The notes: generated from the letters alone by a model not told the origin. A stretch of 64,000 nt of DNA from Octopus vulgaris (GCA_951406725.2 OX597829.1:17174001-17238000); one strand, 5' to 3'; counted from the stretch's first letter, positions 1 through 12,991 are shown. Numbers and translations are program-made.

Positions 1-662
1 TCTCTTTCTCTGTCTCTTTCACTCGCTTCTCTTATCTCCCGCCCTGTTGTTCTTTTGTTTTCTTTCTTTCTTTCTTTCTTTTCTTTTTTGGGTTTTTCTC
101 CTCGCGCCCTCGCTTTTCTTACTTTTTTCTTCTTTTTTTGTTTTGCTCTTTTTATTCTTTCTCTAGTTTTTTTTGTTTTTTAGTTGTTTTTTCTTTGCTT
201 CTTCTGTGACTTGCTTATTAAAAGAAAAAGAAAAAAGTAAAGGAGAGAGAGAGAGAGAGAGAGATAGAAAGAAAGGGAGGGGGTGAAGAGGAAGGAAGGA
301 CAAAACAACAACAAACTTGTCTGTTCGTCGTCGTTCAACTGACTGCCTGCCTGCCTGCCTGGCTGGTTGGCTGGCTGGCTGCCTCACTGCCTGCTCGACT
401 GCCCGACTGTCAACGGGCGGCAAGGACCAGGGGGGTGGGGGTGGGGACTGCATTTAGATCAGCAGGTGGAAGGAAGGGGGAGAGGAAGAGAGAAAGAGAG
501 AGAGAGACACACACACACACACATATATATATATACACATTATATATACACACACATATATATACACATATATATATACACCTATATATATACACATATA
601 TATACAAACATATATATACACACACACATATATATATATATACAAACATATATATATATACA

Positions 663-697
<35 letters not shown>

Positions 698-1500
698 ATG
701 TATCTGTCGCTCTGTCTATCTCTATCTCTTTTGAAGAAAAAGATAGACAGAAAGAGAGAGAGAGAGAGAGGGTGTGTGTGTGAGACAGACAAATATTCAG
801 TGGGAGGAGGAGGAGGAGGAGGAGGGGGAAGGAGGAAAATATGGAAGGCGTGTGAATTCGGGTGGTGAATAAAAAAAAGACAAAAAAAAACTACACAAGG
901 CAACATACACACACACACACGCACACGCACACGCTACGCACACTCATAGGACACACTGAAACACACACGCAACACACACTCAGACACACACACACACACA
1001 CACACACACACGCCAACCACACTCCCATACACAATTCACGCATACCTACACATACACGCACACACGCGCACGCACACATTCCCACACGTATCCGAATACA
1101 TTAAGAAAAAAAAAAGTCTAAACAAAATAATTAATAAATAATAAAAAAAAATATAAGTTAAAGGAAAAGCGTGCGGTGGTGGCAGCGACAGTGAGGAATG
1201 GTAAGAGGTATATTTCTTTTATTGAACGGAATTAAGATGGAAGGAAGGGGGGGCGTTGCTAGAGTTTGTATTTGCGGTAGGAGAGGAGGGAAAAAGAAGA
1301 AATAATGCTGTGATGATCAAAGGCATTCCACCCGTGGCTTTCCCATCTAATTATGGATGGAAATTGATATCGAATCCAATAAACATTTTTTTCGAAAACG
1401 GTGGTTATTTGTTTTTTTTTCTTGATTTCTAGACTAGAAAAAAAAACATTTTGGCTGTTATTTCTAGGAGATCGAACGACCACTTAACGTCTCGCTGTTG

Positions 1501-2060
1501 GCGGTGGCGGTGGCGGTGTTTGGGTGGATGGGTGGGTGGGAATAGTGCTGATGGGGAAAGTGTTGTAGGCGGCGGTGGTGGTGGTGGTGGTGGTGGTGGT
1601 TGTGTTTATTGCTCTTAGTAGCAGTGAATGTTTCGCAGTAGTGGTTGTTGTTGTTGTTGGTGGTGGTGGTGGTGGTGGTGGTGGTGGTGGTGGTGGTGGT
1701 GAAAGTGGTGGTTGTAAGTATGGTGCTGATTGACAGTTGTGGTTGTAGTACTTTTGGTGGTAGTCGTGATGATAGTAATGGTGTTAGTTGCGGTGGCGGT
1801 GGTGGCGGCGGTGGTTGTGGTGGTGGTGGTGGTGGTGGGTGTGCTGCTGATTGTGATGGTGTCGGTGGTAGTGGTGTTGGTAATGGTAGTATTTGGCAGT
1901 ACGGTGGCGGCGATAGTGTTGGTGGTGCTGGTGGCGGTGGTGCCGATGGTAGTGGTGGTGGTAGCGGCGGCGATGGTGGTGCCGATGGTGGTGCCGATGG
2001 TGGTGGTGGTGGTGGCGATGGAGGCGGCGGCGGCGATGGTGATGGGTACTGCTGTGGTTG
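1501..2060. repeat. (GGT/GGC/GAT)n compound low-complexity tract
   Basis: Degenerate trinucleotide runs; overlapping Gly-, Val-, Thr- and His-rich ORFs on both strands are frame artefacts. Confidence 0.85.
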
Positions 2061-2214
2061 AAGCGATTGTTATCGTTATACTCATGTCACACGCGACTGA
2101 GCAAGCAGATCCACGACCAATATCAATCCAACGGTGACCATCCCGTCATTTCGCTTATTCTCACACATCTCTGCATGATCCCAATATGCCTTATATTTTT
2201 TTCTTATTATTATG

Positions 2215-2602
2215 TTTTTACTTGTTTCAATAATTTTATTGCGGCCATGCTGGTGCACCACCTTAAAAAAAAATGTTTCAAGTCAAACAAATCGACGCCA
2301 GTTCTTTATTTATCGAAGTCTGGTAATGGTTCTATCACTTCCTTTTTGCCGAACTGCTAAGTTACAAGGATGTAAACAAAATAACAGCGGTTGTCAAATG
2401 GTGAGATAATGACTATCATAAACACACACACAACACACATACATAATTGGCAAAATATGACCATCACCAATTAATACAATGTATGTCTGTGCGCGTGTGT
2501 GTGTGTGTGGTATTCCAGCATGACCACAATCCAATGAGTGAAACCAGGGAAAGGACACATACACATCCAACTCGTGCGCGCACGCACAAAAGCACACACA
2601 CA

Positions 2603-2643
<41 letters not shown>

Positions 2644-2965
2644 ACGAAGGGCTTCCACACGGTTTTCGCCTACCAAATCCCCTCACAAGTCTTTTTCTTC
2701 GGTTCGGACATTGTTAGTTGCCCAGGGGCCTCACAGAACAAGGGGTCCAATTCTGACCTCTGGACCCTAACCCTAAGCCTGATCTCTGTATGTTGTCAAA
2801 TAAAAATTTTAAAAAAAAACCAAAAAAAAAAAAACGATAGGGTCCAAGGCATTGATTTGCGCGGGATCGTAGAAAGTTAAGACAACTCTGGGCCCAGATA
2901 CCACGCATTGGAACTGAACCCCGAACCAAATGATCGGGAAGCATAGATCGCATAGATTAAGCTAC
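2215..2965 (-). mobile_element. Decayed SINE family B copy interrupted by microsatellite and a short CCCTAA-containing insert (~2741-2870)
   Basis: Matches to family B tail (cttgtttca..gcggccatgctgg, gccgaactgctaagttac) and head (ccacgcattggaactgaaccc). Confidence 0.6.
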
Positions 2966-3274
2966 GCCCATTTTCTTTTTTGTTTTCTTTTTTACTTCTT
3001 TTATTACGCTGAGTGGGGTGTAATTTGAGGGAGATATGGCTGCTATTTTTAGCAGGGCTGTGTGAACGACCACAGAGGCCTCTCGCGCTTTGGTTGGTTA
3101 TAATTGTGGTGGTGGTGGCGGCGGCGGCGAAGACGGTAGCGGGAGTGGTGGCGGTCGTCGTCGCTGTTGTCGTAGTGGTGGTGGTGATGGAACGGTAGTG
3201 ATGTCAGAAGTGTGCGTAGCTCTATGTTCGCGTGTGTAAGTGCGTGTGCGTATGCGTGTCTGCGTGCGTGCAGA

Positions 3275-3520
3275 GTAACGCTTGAATCTGTGCGTGTGCG
3301 TATGCGTTTGTGCGTGCGTGTGTGCGGGGTAACGCTCGAATCTGTGCGTGTGCGTATGCGTGTGTGCGTGCGTGTGTGCGGGGTAACGCTCGAATCTGTG
3401 CGTGTGCGTATGCGTGTGTGCGTGCGTGTGTGCGGGGTAACGCTCGAATCTGTGCGTGTGCGTATGCGTGTGTGCGTGCGTGTGTGCGGGGTAACGCTCG
3501 AATCTGTGCGTGTGCGTTTA
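3275..3520. repeat. 54-bp minisatellite, ~4.5-5 copies
   Basis: Unit gtaacgctcgaatctgtgcgtgtgcgtatgcgtgtgtgcgtgcgtgtgtgcggg; 18-aa periodicity in ORF 3212..3550. Confidence 0.9.
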
Positions 3521-3886
3521 TCTGCGTATAGGAATTCAACTGTTACATGAATGTGCGTGAGCGTGTGTGTGTATGTGCGTGTGTGTATATATACTTATGT
3601 ACGCATGTGTGTGTGTGTCTGTCATTGCGTGTATGTGTGTATATCTATGTGTGTGTGTGTCTGTGCGTGTTTGAGCGTTACCGTGCGTGTGTGTAAGTGT
3701 GTGTGTGTGTATGCGAGTGTGTCTATGTGTGTGGGTGTGTCTGTGAGCGTATGCGTGTCTATATGTGTGTGCGAATATATACTTATGTATGCATGAATGT
3801 ACGCATGTGTGAGTGTGTGTCTGTCTGTCAGTGCGTGTATGTGCGTGTGTGTGCCTGTGCGTGTTTTGCGCGTTACCGTGCGTGTG

Positions 3887-3917
<31 letters not shown>

Positions 3918-4134
3918 ATGCGAGTATGGGTGTTTGCGAGTGCGTGTCTATGTGTGCGGGTGTGTCTGTGTGAGCGTATGCGTGTCTGTACGTGTGTGTG
4001 TGTGTGTGTGTGTGTGCTGTCGTTGCGATCGAACGTGTGTACTATTGCGTTTAAACTCTGCGCGCGCTTGTGTGCGTGTTTGCTTCAACATGCCAGTACG
4101 TGTGTGTGTGTGTGTGTATATATATATGTGTGTG

Positions 4135-4169
<35 letters not shown>

Positions 4170-4710
4170 ATGTGTGCGCGTGTGAAGCGTGCTCGTATGT
4201 GTATGTATATACGTGGGATGACAAGTGTAAAGAAGAACGATTAAAAGTCAAATAGTGAGAGGGAGAGAGATTTAGAGAGAGAGAAAGAGTGAGAGAGCGC
4301 AAAGGGGGGGGGGAGAGAGAGAGAGAGGACAAAGTGTCATTGCGTGTGTATATCAACGATGGTGATAGTGCGTGTTTGTATAAATGTGAGTGTGTGTGCG
4401 CGCGAGCGTATAACAAGTGCGTGTACACACACATACAGAAAGAGAAAGAGAAAGAGAAAGAGAGAGAGAGATAAAGAGAGATGAGTGTGTGTATGTGTAC
4501 ACACACATAGCACATGTTATATGAGTGTGTGTGTATATATATATGTGTGTGTGTGTGTGTGTATAATACAGACAGACAGATAGATATATAGATAGATAGA
4601 AAGATAGATAGATATAGATCTATGTGTGTATGTGTCTACACACACGTGCGTGTGTGTCTGTGTGTGCGTGCGTGTATGAATGTCTCACGGTCGATCGAGA
4701 GATAAGCAAA

Positions 4711-4741
<31 letters not shown>

Positions 4742-5042
4742 GGGAGAGAGAGAGAGAGTAAAGCGAAGAAAGATAAACAGAGAAACGGAGATAGGGTGGA
4801 AAGAGAGAAAGAGAGAGAAGAGTGTGAGTGGTGAGAGGTGGAGGGTCAGCATTAGAGGGAGGTCCTGCTATTTTATTTTTTCCTTGTACTTTTCTTGTTT
4901 TTTTTTTTGTTTTTGTTTTTGCTGTGATTTGAATTTAGGCGGAATGTGTACACGTGTGACTGTGTATGTATACATGTGTGTGTGTGTGTGTCTCTAATTT
5001 GTGACGGTGTCTGTGGCGTGAGCGTGTGCGTCTTGCGTGAAC

Positions 5043-5076
<34 letters not shown>

Positions 5077-5078
5077 TG

Positions 5079-6008
5079 TATTTCGTCTGTCGTTACGTTC
5101 CGAGTTCAAATTCCGCCGAGGTCGACTTTGCCTTTCATCCTTTCGGGGTCGATAAATTAAGTACCAGTTAAGCACTGGGGTCGATGTAATCGACTTAATC
5201 CCTTTGTCTGTCCTTGCTTGTCCCCTCTGTGTTTAGCCCCTTGTGGGTAGTAAAGAAATATATATTATTTCGTCTGTCGTTGCGTTCTGAGTTCAAATTC
5301 CGCCGAGGTCAACTTTGCCTTTCATCCTTTCGGGGTCGATAAATTAAGTACCAGTTACACACTGGGGTCCATGTAATCGACTTAATCCCTTTGTCTGTCC
5401 TTGCTTGTCCCCTCTGTGTTTAGCCCCTTGTGGGTAGTAAAGAAATATATATTATTTCGTCTGTCGTTGCGTTCTGAGTTCAAATTCCGCCGAGGTCAAC
5501 TTTGCCTTTCATCCTTTCGGGGTCGATAAATTAAGTACCAGTTAAGCACTGGGGTCGATGTAATCGACTTAATCCCTTTGTCTGTCCTTGCTTGTCCCCT
5601 CTGTGTTTAGCCCCTTGTGGGTAGTAAAGAAATATATATTATTTCGTCTGTCGTTGCGTTCTGAGTTCAAATTCCGCCGAGGTCAACTTTGCCTTTCATC
5701 CTTTCGGGGTCGATAAATTAAGTACCAGTTACGCACTGGGGTCGATGTAATCGACTTAATCCCTTTGTCTGTCCTTGCTTGTCCCCTCTGTGTTTAGCCC
5801 CTTGTGGGTAGTAAAGAAATATATATTATTTCGTCTGTCGTTGCGTTCTGAGTTCAAATTCCGCCGAGGTCGACTTTGCCTTTCATCCTTTCGGGGTCGA
5901 TAAATTAAGTACCAGTTACGCACTGGGGTCCATGTAATCGACTTAATCCGTTTGTCTGTCCTTGTTTGTCCCCTCTATGTTTAGCCCCTTGTGGGTAGTA
6001 AAGAAACA
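5079..6008 (+). mobile_element. Five head-to-tail 187-bp copies of 5'-truncated SINE family A
   Basis: cgtctgtcgtt recurs at 5084, 5271, 5458, 5645, 5832; each unit has B-box-like gagttcaaattcc and core gcctttcatcctttcggggtcgataaattaagtaccag. Confidence 0.92.
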
Positions 6009-6569
6009 GATATATATATGTGTTTGTATGTGTGTGTGTGATTTGAGACCATGTGTATGTATAAGAATGTGTTTGTATGAGGGTGTGTGAGATTGTGTGT
6101 ATGTCTATATATGTCTGTGACTCCAGTGTGTCTATGTGTGTGTGTGTGTATGTATGTGTGTGCGTCAGTGAGTTTGTGTATATGTGAGTGTTAATAATTC
6201 GTGTGTATATAGGTTTTATTGGGTTTTGTTTAAACGCAGATCAATCCCGATGATTTAGAGGTTCCGTGACCATTCCATGACCATTCCGTGACCATTCCAT
6301 GTTTTAAGTCATCTTCGTTATTTTTATTACTATCATTTAGTCTCTGCATTCTAAGTTCGAATTCCGCCGAAGTCGACTACGCATTTTCTCCTTTCGGGGG
6401 TCGATGAAATTAGTACCAGTAGAGCGCTGGGATCGATGTAATCAATTAGCCCCTTTTTCACCACCACCACCACCACCATCACTCCCCCCTCCCCCCACCA
6501 AAAAGGTAAAAGAAAGGAAAGAAAAATCAGGCTTTTGCCTTTAGAAAAAAGGTTTATTATTATTCCAGA

Positions 6570-7298
6570 AATCCCTAGCCTGGCAGTGCTACCGGGGAGC
6601 TCTGCCGGTTCGCGACAAGCTCTACAGACACGGAAGTGCTGTCAGACGGACCTTGTCCGAGGTATGCGCAAGCCGATGGAAACATCCTGCATGCATTCGT
6701 CCGGTGTCCGTGCATTGCTGATCTGTGGAGCTTTGTCGAACAGCTGTTGTCACGTGTTGTCAGCCGAGTCCATTGTAAGGATTGTTCTGCCGCCTTATTT
6801 TGGCTTTAGGAAAAGGCAGTTTTCCCCTGTCTGGTGGCTATGGCGAAAGAAGTAGTGTGATGGACAAGGATGGAAGGACTGAGGACAGACACTTTCCTCT
6901 TCGGCCGAGCCCTCATTGACTTTTACAAGTTCCACTTGAAAAGGAAAGTGAGGGTAGAGAGTACTGCCCGCCCCACTCCGCCAGTAAGTTTGTTGAAAGG
7001 TGGGTGAATGTTGCGAAAAAGATTCATGTGAATGGGCCTACTCTGAATATGCGTCCGTAAGCTGGAGCAGCTGAGGGGAAGAAGGGTGCCTACTTGGCAT
7101 GCCCTTGGCAGTTGGGGGTACCCTGGATGTGTGGGGTACCCTGGTTGGCCCTGGGTGGAACTCCCACCTCCACCTGTTGGGGAATTTTGTTGTTTAAATT
7201 TTTTCTATTGTTTACATATTTTTCTGTTTTAATCCCACTGGTCCCTTATTTTGTATTGTCCCTAATTGTTTTTGTGTTCTGCTCTTGTGGCCAATAAA
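6570..7298 (+). mobile_element. 3' end of Tx1/L1-clade LINE (zinc-knuckle region plus 3' UTR), frameshifted
   Basis: Reads approximately SLAWQCYRGALPVRDKLYRHGSAVRRT-CPR-C..ADE-ILHAFVRCP across frameshifts; similar to 11370-11520; AATAAA at 7293. Confidence 0.75.
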
Positions 7299-7502
7299 GA
7301 CCGGAATCTTTAGCACGCCGGGCGAAATGCTTAGCAGTAGTTCGTTTGCTGCTACGTTCTGAGTTCAAATTCCGCTGAGGTCGACTTGCCTTTCATTCTT
7401 TCGGGGTCGATAAAATAAATACCAGTTGAACACTTGGGTCGATGTAATCGACTCATCTCATCCCCCAAAACTGTTGCCCTTGTGGAAAAATTTGAAACCA
7501 TG

Positions 7503-7569
<67 letters not shown>

Positions 7570-7727
7570 GTTTGACTTTTGCTTTACATTTGTACAAGTT
7601 GGCTCCAAGTCTCACCCAGGGACCTCAAGAGACAAGTTGGAAGTTCATGTTGGTGTTATGCCTAGGGTGCCATATATTTGGTTTTGTACTTAGTGTTGTA
7701 CTAGTGAATGTCTAAAAAAACCATACG

Positions 7728-7787
<60 letters not shown>

Positions 7788-7789
<2 letters not shown>

Positions 7790-8204
7790 ATAGTTTCGTT
7801 TTTATCACGTGCTTTCACTTCACTACCGGGCGCTGCTCTGTGTGCCTTGGTTATGTGCTGTAGTTTGCTGTGGTTTGCTCTTATGGTTACTGTATTGAAA
7901 GTGTTTTACGTAGGATGTGTGCGGTGCCAAGTAGTGACATTTTCTGTATGCTATACATACTTGTTAATCCTGGTGTTTTTTTTATGTATTTCAATAAATG
8001 TTGTTTTTTTTTAATCATGCCTAATGCGCCCACTATGATAGGAATTGTTTCTGTTTTAGACTCCACATTCGAGTTACCTCTAATTCCAGATAATTGTATT
8101 TTGAAAGTTTCTCCGTTTCTGTTAGAGAAACGTTGTCATCTGTTGGTATTGATACATCAATTAAAAAGCATTTTTTCTTGGTGATCTCTATCAACTATAT
8201 CCAG
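7788..8204 (-). mobile_element. R4/Dong-type RLE non-LTR retrotransposon 3' fragment next to (ATT)n
   Basis: Reverse complement matches 34280-34690 (..LIDVSIPTDDN..EKLSKY..ETIPIIVGALGMIKK); abuts (ATT)n. Confidence 0.8.
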
Positions 8205-8490
8205 CCAGTAAGATATTTGTTGTTCTTTTTTCTTCAATTTTTGCAATTTCAACCAATCAATGACGTCTATTGAGGTGAAAACATTCTGTGCCGTATGAAT
8301 ATGTCCCTCGTTTAAGAAACAGATTAGGTTTATTTACATTTGTGAAGAAAAAAAGATACCCTTCCCCCCATCCCTAACCCCAACCCTAAAACAGATTGAA
8401 ATGCAATAGATCGATCCTAGGGTCATAATTATGGGTGACAATTTCATATGACACCGCTAGAAAAAACTGCCGTTCAAACCGAAAAGATCC
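8204..8490 (+). mobile_element. Right half of the MITE seen in full at 57357-57774
   Basis: Near-identical to 57490-57774; ends in TIR aaaactgccgttcaaaccgaaaagatcc. Confidence 0.85.
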
Positions 8491-8704
8491 TTATCTTGAA
8501 ACATGGTTGACAAAGAACTAATCATAATATTCGATGACGGGACACAATAGGACGCGATCCTTGTCCGAAAACAATGAGAATACTGGCGTAGCGTTGATTA
8601 CAGTAAATGACGTCACCGCCACGCCAACGAAAATAAATAGTGACGCAAACACATTTTTGTGCCTTAGCAGCGTCAAGACATTTGACAATTCAGTAAAGCT
8701 GCAT

Positions 8705-8719
8705 TTCAACAACAACACC

Positions 8720-8755
<36 letters not shown>

Positions 8756-8790
8756 CACCACCACTACTGCTGCTGCTATTATTACTACTG

Positions 8791-8846
<56 letters not shown>

Positions 8847-8871
8847 GCTGCTGCTACTGCTGCTGCTGCTG

Positions 8872-8968
<97 letters not shown>

Positions 8969-8980
8969 AACAACAACAAT
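8705..8980. repeat. Compound trinucleotide microsatellite (CAA/CTA/CCA/CTG/CGA)
   Basis: Direct reading; produces the poly-Y/H/C/D ORF 8534..9100. Confidence 0.9.
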
Positions 8981-9612
8981 AGTGCCAACAACACGGATAA
9001 TAAAGAAATAAAGCCTAATGATGGAATGATAAACAAAGACAATTTTGAAAGAAAAACCAACTTCACTACCACACCGCCGCCATCGACGCCACTAAAATAG
9101 CTACAGTCATGACCACACCGCCGCCATCGACGCCGCTAAAATAGCTACAGTCATGACAAAAGATGCCAGAAAGGAGACCTCTTTTGCGAATGCTACAAGA
9201 AATCTGGAAGATTTCCCCACAGACAAAGAAGAATTGAAAATTGGCCCGAGGAATTGTAAAAAGAAAATGGGAAAAGAGAATTGAAGACATTTTGAGATAC
9301 ACGTTTACATACTATTTATTGCACGGGAGTAAAATCGCACCGGTGAAATAAGTTTCTGGTGCCCAAATTCAAAAATGGATTAGGTGCATCTGGAAACACA
9401 AGATCACATCAGTCGAGGAAAGAAGTTGGGTACAAATGAAGTGAGATTGGGGATTAAAGAAGAAGAAGCCAGGTTTCGTTCCACGACGACATTGAGTAAG
9501 AAAATTCTTCTTAATTCCCAGCTATCGCCTTTTTAAAGATAGGTTGATAAACCATCACATGGTTGGCGGTGGCCATCTTGGCGGATGTAGAGGAAGAGGT
9601 AACTTTTTTTTT

Positions 9613-9835
9613 TACTGCCCACAAGGGGCTAAACATAGAGGGGACAAACAAGGACAGCCAAACGAATTAAGTCGATTATATCGATCCCAGTGCGTAACTG
9701 GTACTTAATTTATCGACACCGAAAGGATGAAAGACAAAGTCGACCTCGGCGGAATTTGAACTCAGAACGTAACGGCAGACGAAATACGGCTACGTATTTC
9801 GCCCGGTGTGCTAACGTTTCTGCCAGCCTGCCGCC
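9613..9835 (-). mobile_element. SINE family A, full length
   Basis: Reverse complement of tRNA-like head ggcggc..ctggcagaaacgttagcac..gagttcaaattccgcc plus family A core and tail. Confidence 0.85.
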
Positions 9836-9899
9836 TAGAGGTGACTATTTTGGAGGTGAAGAAAATACCTAGCAACAAAATTGATCAGGTGTAAGTATG

Positions 9900-11945
9900 G
9901 GACTGATTATACAATGTAACCAAACCTATACTGACGAACTACGTGACTTAATAGACCTCTCGGATGGCACACGCCTGTCTGTGACAGTAGAGGATAGAAA
10001 GCCAAAAAGTTACTCAAAAGCTTTCTGCTCTCAAACAAATAAAGCAAAATTCCAACTGCTGCCAACACTACAAACACCACAAACACAAAATCAAGATGAA
10101 GTGTTCTGCACTTCAACAACACCCTCACCCGAACAACGAAAGAGCGGACGCGAAGTACTGTGAAAATCCGTTTAACGGCCTCTGAAATACAGGAGACAAT
10201 GAACCACTGCACAACTCGTAAATCACCTGGTTTGGATGGCCTTTTTCTACGAATTCTATGTATTCATGCTAGATTTGTTTGGTAGCCTCTTGGCAGACTT
10301 CTGCCATAACTGGTAGGAGAACGGGAGAATACATAGTGCTGTTAGTCGGGGTGTGGTAACTCTGCTGAAGAAGGACGCTGACAATGGGGTGGTGCTAGGG
10401 AATTTTCAGCCCATCGTTCTGCTAAACACAGAGTTAAACATTTTGGCCATGGTATTAACAAAAAGGTTGACGTTTGTCGTTGGTCGTTTGGTCGGGAAAG
10501 CACAAACGTGCGCAATCCCGAACGGGTCTATCTACGACAACCTTCACCTTATGCAATACATCGTAGAAACAGCTAGAACTAAAGCTGGCTTCATTGGAGC
10601 CCTGATCAATTTAGATCAATCTAAAGCATTCGATAGGGACGACCATCGCTACTTCAAAACCGCCCTTAAAGCGGCCGGTTTCGGACCCGTTTTCAGAAGC
10701 TGGATCGATGCAAAACTTTGACTACTGAGCAGATGCCCCTGTGAATTGTACAGTGGTACATGCTCGGTGGTCAAAGTAAACGGCCACCTATCGGAACCGT
10801 ATATTATCACACGCTCGGTTCTTTTGGATTACCCGTTGTCACCTCTAGGATAAGCACTAGGACGAGGTGACTAACAGAGTGGCCAGTCTTATCTAGAAAT
10901 GGACAGAGAGGAAACTGTCCCTGAAAGGTGGAGCAGAGGTAGCGAATGCATACATCGCGTCCGTCATCATTTATCGCCTGACCGTCGTTGCCCCAGTTAC
11001 TGCTTGATTAGTTTGGAAGGTTTCGTTTACTTTCTTGTGGAAGGGACGTATTCCAATGGTCAGGTGGTCAGTCTACTGTCAGCTCCCTCTGCGTGCCGCC
11101 TTAAGCAACGATTTCTAGATGTTGAACGTGTGTGGACTCAGTTTGTGAGGCACGTCTTTCCGCAGTTCGTCTCTTTGAAAGGGCTGCAGCCCTTGGTGAA
11201 GGATAAACCGAGACTGGCAGCCTGGCAGATGCTCACGGTCCTGTTCTACTTTAGTAATATATAGAAGATTGGTGGCGGAAAAGTCGAACGACGTCCTCGG
11301 AGAGACCCTGGCCGTCGAAGAAAACGAACTGGCTAGTCTGGTTTCGGAGGACCTTCCGGTCGGGGACTACTGTGCGCAAATTTCCAGATATCCTTCGTCT
11401 GGCAATGCTAACGATTACAGGCATGGATGTGCTGTCAGACAGGCTTGTCCGAGGTGTTCGCAAAGCGACGAAACTGTTCTGCTTGCACTCGTTCCGTTTC
11501 CGGGCATTGTTGAATCGTGGAGTTATAGCGAACAGCTGTTGTCGCGTGTAGGATAGATCCAAGTCCATGATGATTGCCTTACAACCCTCTTTTAATTGGG
11601 AAGGCAAGGGACTTTCCCTTTGCCTGGTGGCTGCGGCGAAAGAGGCTGAAAGGAATCAGGATAGAGACATCCCTCTTTGATAGAGCCACATGGAGAAAGT
11701 GAGGGTGAAGGGGCAAGTACTAGTTTCGAGTAAATGCATTCAAAATTCGGGGAAAGTTGCGGAAATGGCAAGAGTGCTCTAAGTGTAGACATGTGAGTCG
11801 GAGGAAAAGAGTTGGAGAGAGTACTTGTCCTTGGTATTGAGAGAAATCTTGGATGGTGAGGTTCCTCGATTAACCCTGGATGTCCTCCTGTATCACTTTA
11901 TGCCTGTCTTTGTATTTCCTCCTCATCGTTCGCTCTGGTGGCAAC
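9900..11945 (+). mobile_element. Degenerate Tx1/L1-clade LINE ORF2 (reverse transcriptase to zinc knuckle) pseudogene
   Basis: KSPGLDG motif near 10220; ORF 10353..10721 VTLLKK..NFQPIVLLNTELNILAMVLTKRL..QTCAIP..ALINLDQSKAFDR (RT domains 1-3); C-terminal CPRCSQSDETVL; stops and frameshifts. Confidence 0.88.
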
Positions 11946-11962
11946 TAAATCATTATTACTAT

Positions 11963-12003
<41 letters not shown>

Positions 12004-12116
12004 TTAATAATAATAATAATAATAATAACAATAATACAGTTCTATATTAAAGAGATGAGTAATTATGTACATTGTTTACATTTGACGGATATTTGCCTTC
12101 ATCTTGTTTGTTGTTA

Positions 12117-12160
12117 ACACAATGTTTCGGCTGATATACTCTCCAGCCTTCTTCAAGTGT
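12117..12160 (-). ncRNA. Degenerate type I hammerhead motif in a ~180-bp insert (12035-12212) within (AAT)n/(ATT)n
   Basis: acac-UUGAAGA-A-GGCUG-gagaguauau-CAGCC-GAAA-CA-UU-gugu; stems I and II pair, core and stem III each carry a mutation. Confidence 0.65.
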
Positions 12161-12243
12161 CTTGGGGAAATTTCGAACCTGGGTTTTCATTCCTAAGGTA
12201 TTTTTCAATGTTGTTATTATTATTATTATTATTATTGAGTGAG

Positions 12244-12311
<68 letters not shown>

Positions 12312-12312
<1 letters not shown>

Positions 12313-12868
12313 GAGTGAGAGAGCAGTTCATGCCATCAAAGTGACACTGGGGTAAAATATACGAAGCCCAATATACCCATCATGACTACCCGTCTGATAA
12401 GGGTACACCAGGCACATGCATCACAACCATATGTGCGCGACATGGTGATATCATATCAAGATAAACAGCACATGACCTTGCAGGTGGGGCCCAGTTAGAA
12501 ATTTCTTCAGGTTGAGTAGCCCATCCCGCTCAAAAGGTCCCTGAATAAGGGTTGTTTAAGGATGTTGAAAGAATCACCCATGTTTCCAGAGGTGAATTAT
12601 TCAAACCCCAAAGAATCCCTCTCAACACATGGCTATGATGCTCCCCCACTACTTCTGCTCGTGATCAGAGATGCACATATCGTCAGATACTAAGGGACAT
12701 GCTCAACTGGTTAACATGAAACAACTAACAAGCAAATCTGTGGTATTGAGCAGAATATTTGCTGTAGCCTGTATTTTTATACCAAGACAAAACAATGTAC
12801 ATGATAACACTTCCAGTCAGTTAAGATCAGAAGCCTTGAGAGTCACTGCCTGGTACTGCATCAGGGCA
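12312..12868 (-). mobile_element. ~550-bp non-coding interspersed element inserted in (ATT)n
   Basis: Reverse-complement copy at 34755-35301, also flanked by (AAT)n on both sides. Confidence 0.8.
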
Positions 12869-12882
12869 ATTATTACTATTAC

Positions 12883-12917
<35 letters not shown>

Positions 12918-12938
12918 TTATTATTATTATTATTATTA

Positions 12939-12991
<53 letters not shown>

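Noticed and set aside
1308-1430. GTGATGA as a possible C/D snoRNA box C
   Set aside because: No downstream CTGA box D or terminal stem
1645-2061. Gly-rich ORF with a hydrophobic N-terminus resembling a secreted structural protein
   Set aside because: Non-ATG start, and all frames are open because of (GGT)n; the apparent signal peptide is a microsatellite
367-4515. Many ORFs rich in YI, VC, HT and ER repeats here and throughout the window
   Set aside because: Translations of (TA)n, (TG)n, (CA)n and (GA)n microsatellites, open in several frames and on both strands
5079-6008. Regular array resembling a CRISPR locus
   Set aside because: Units are contiguous 187-bp SINE bodies with no unique spacers or cas genes; eukaryotic context
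8534-9100. 188-aa ORF with poly-Y/C/D tracts
   Set aside because: Dominated by a compound microsatellite; no domain or splice support
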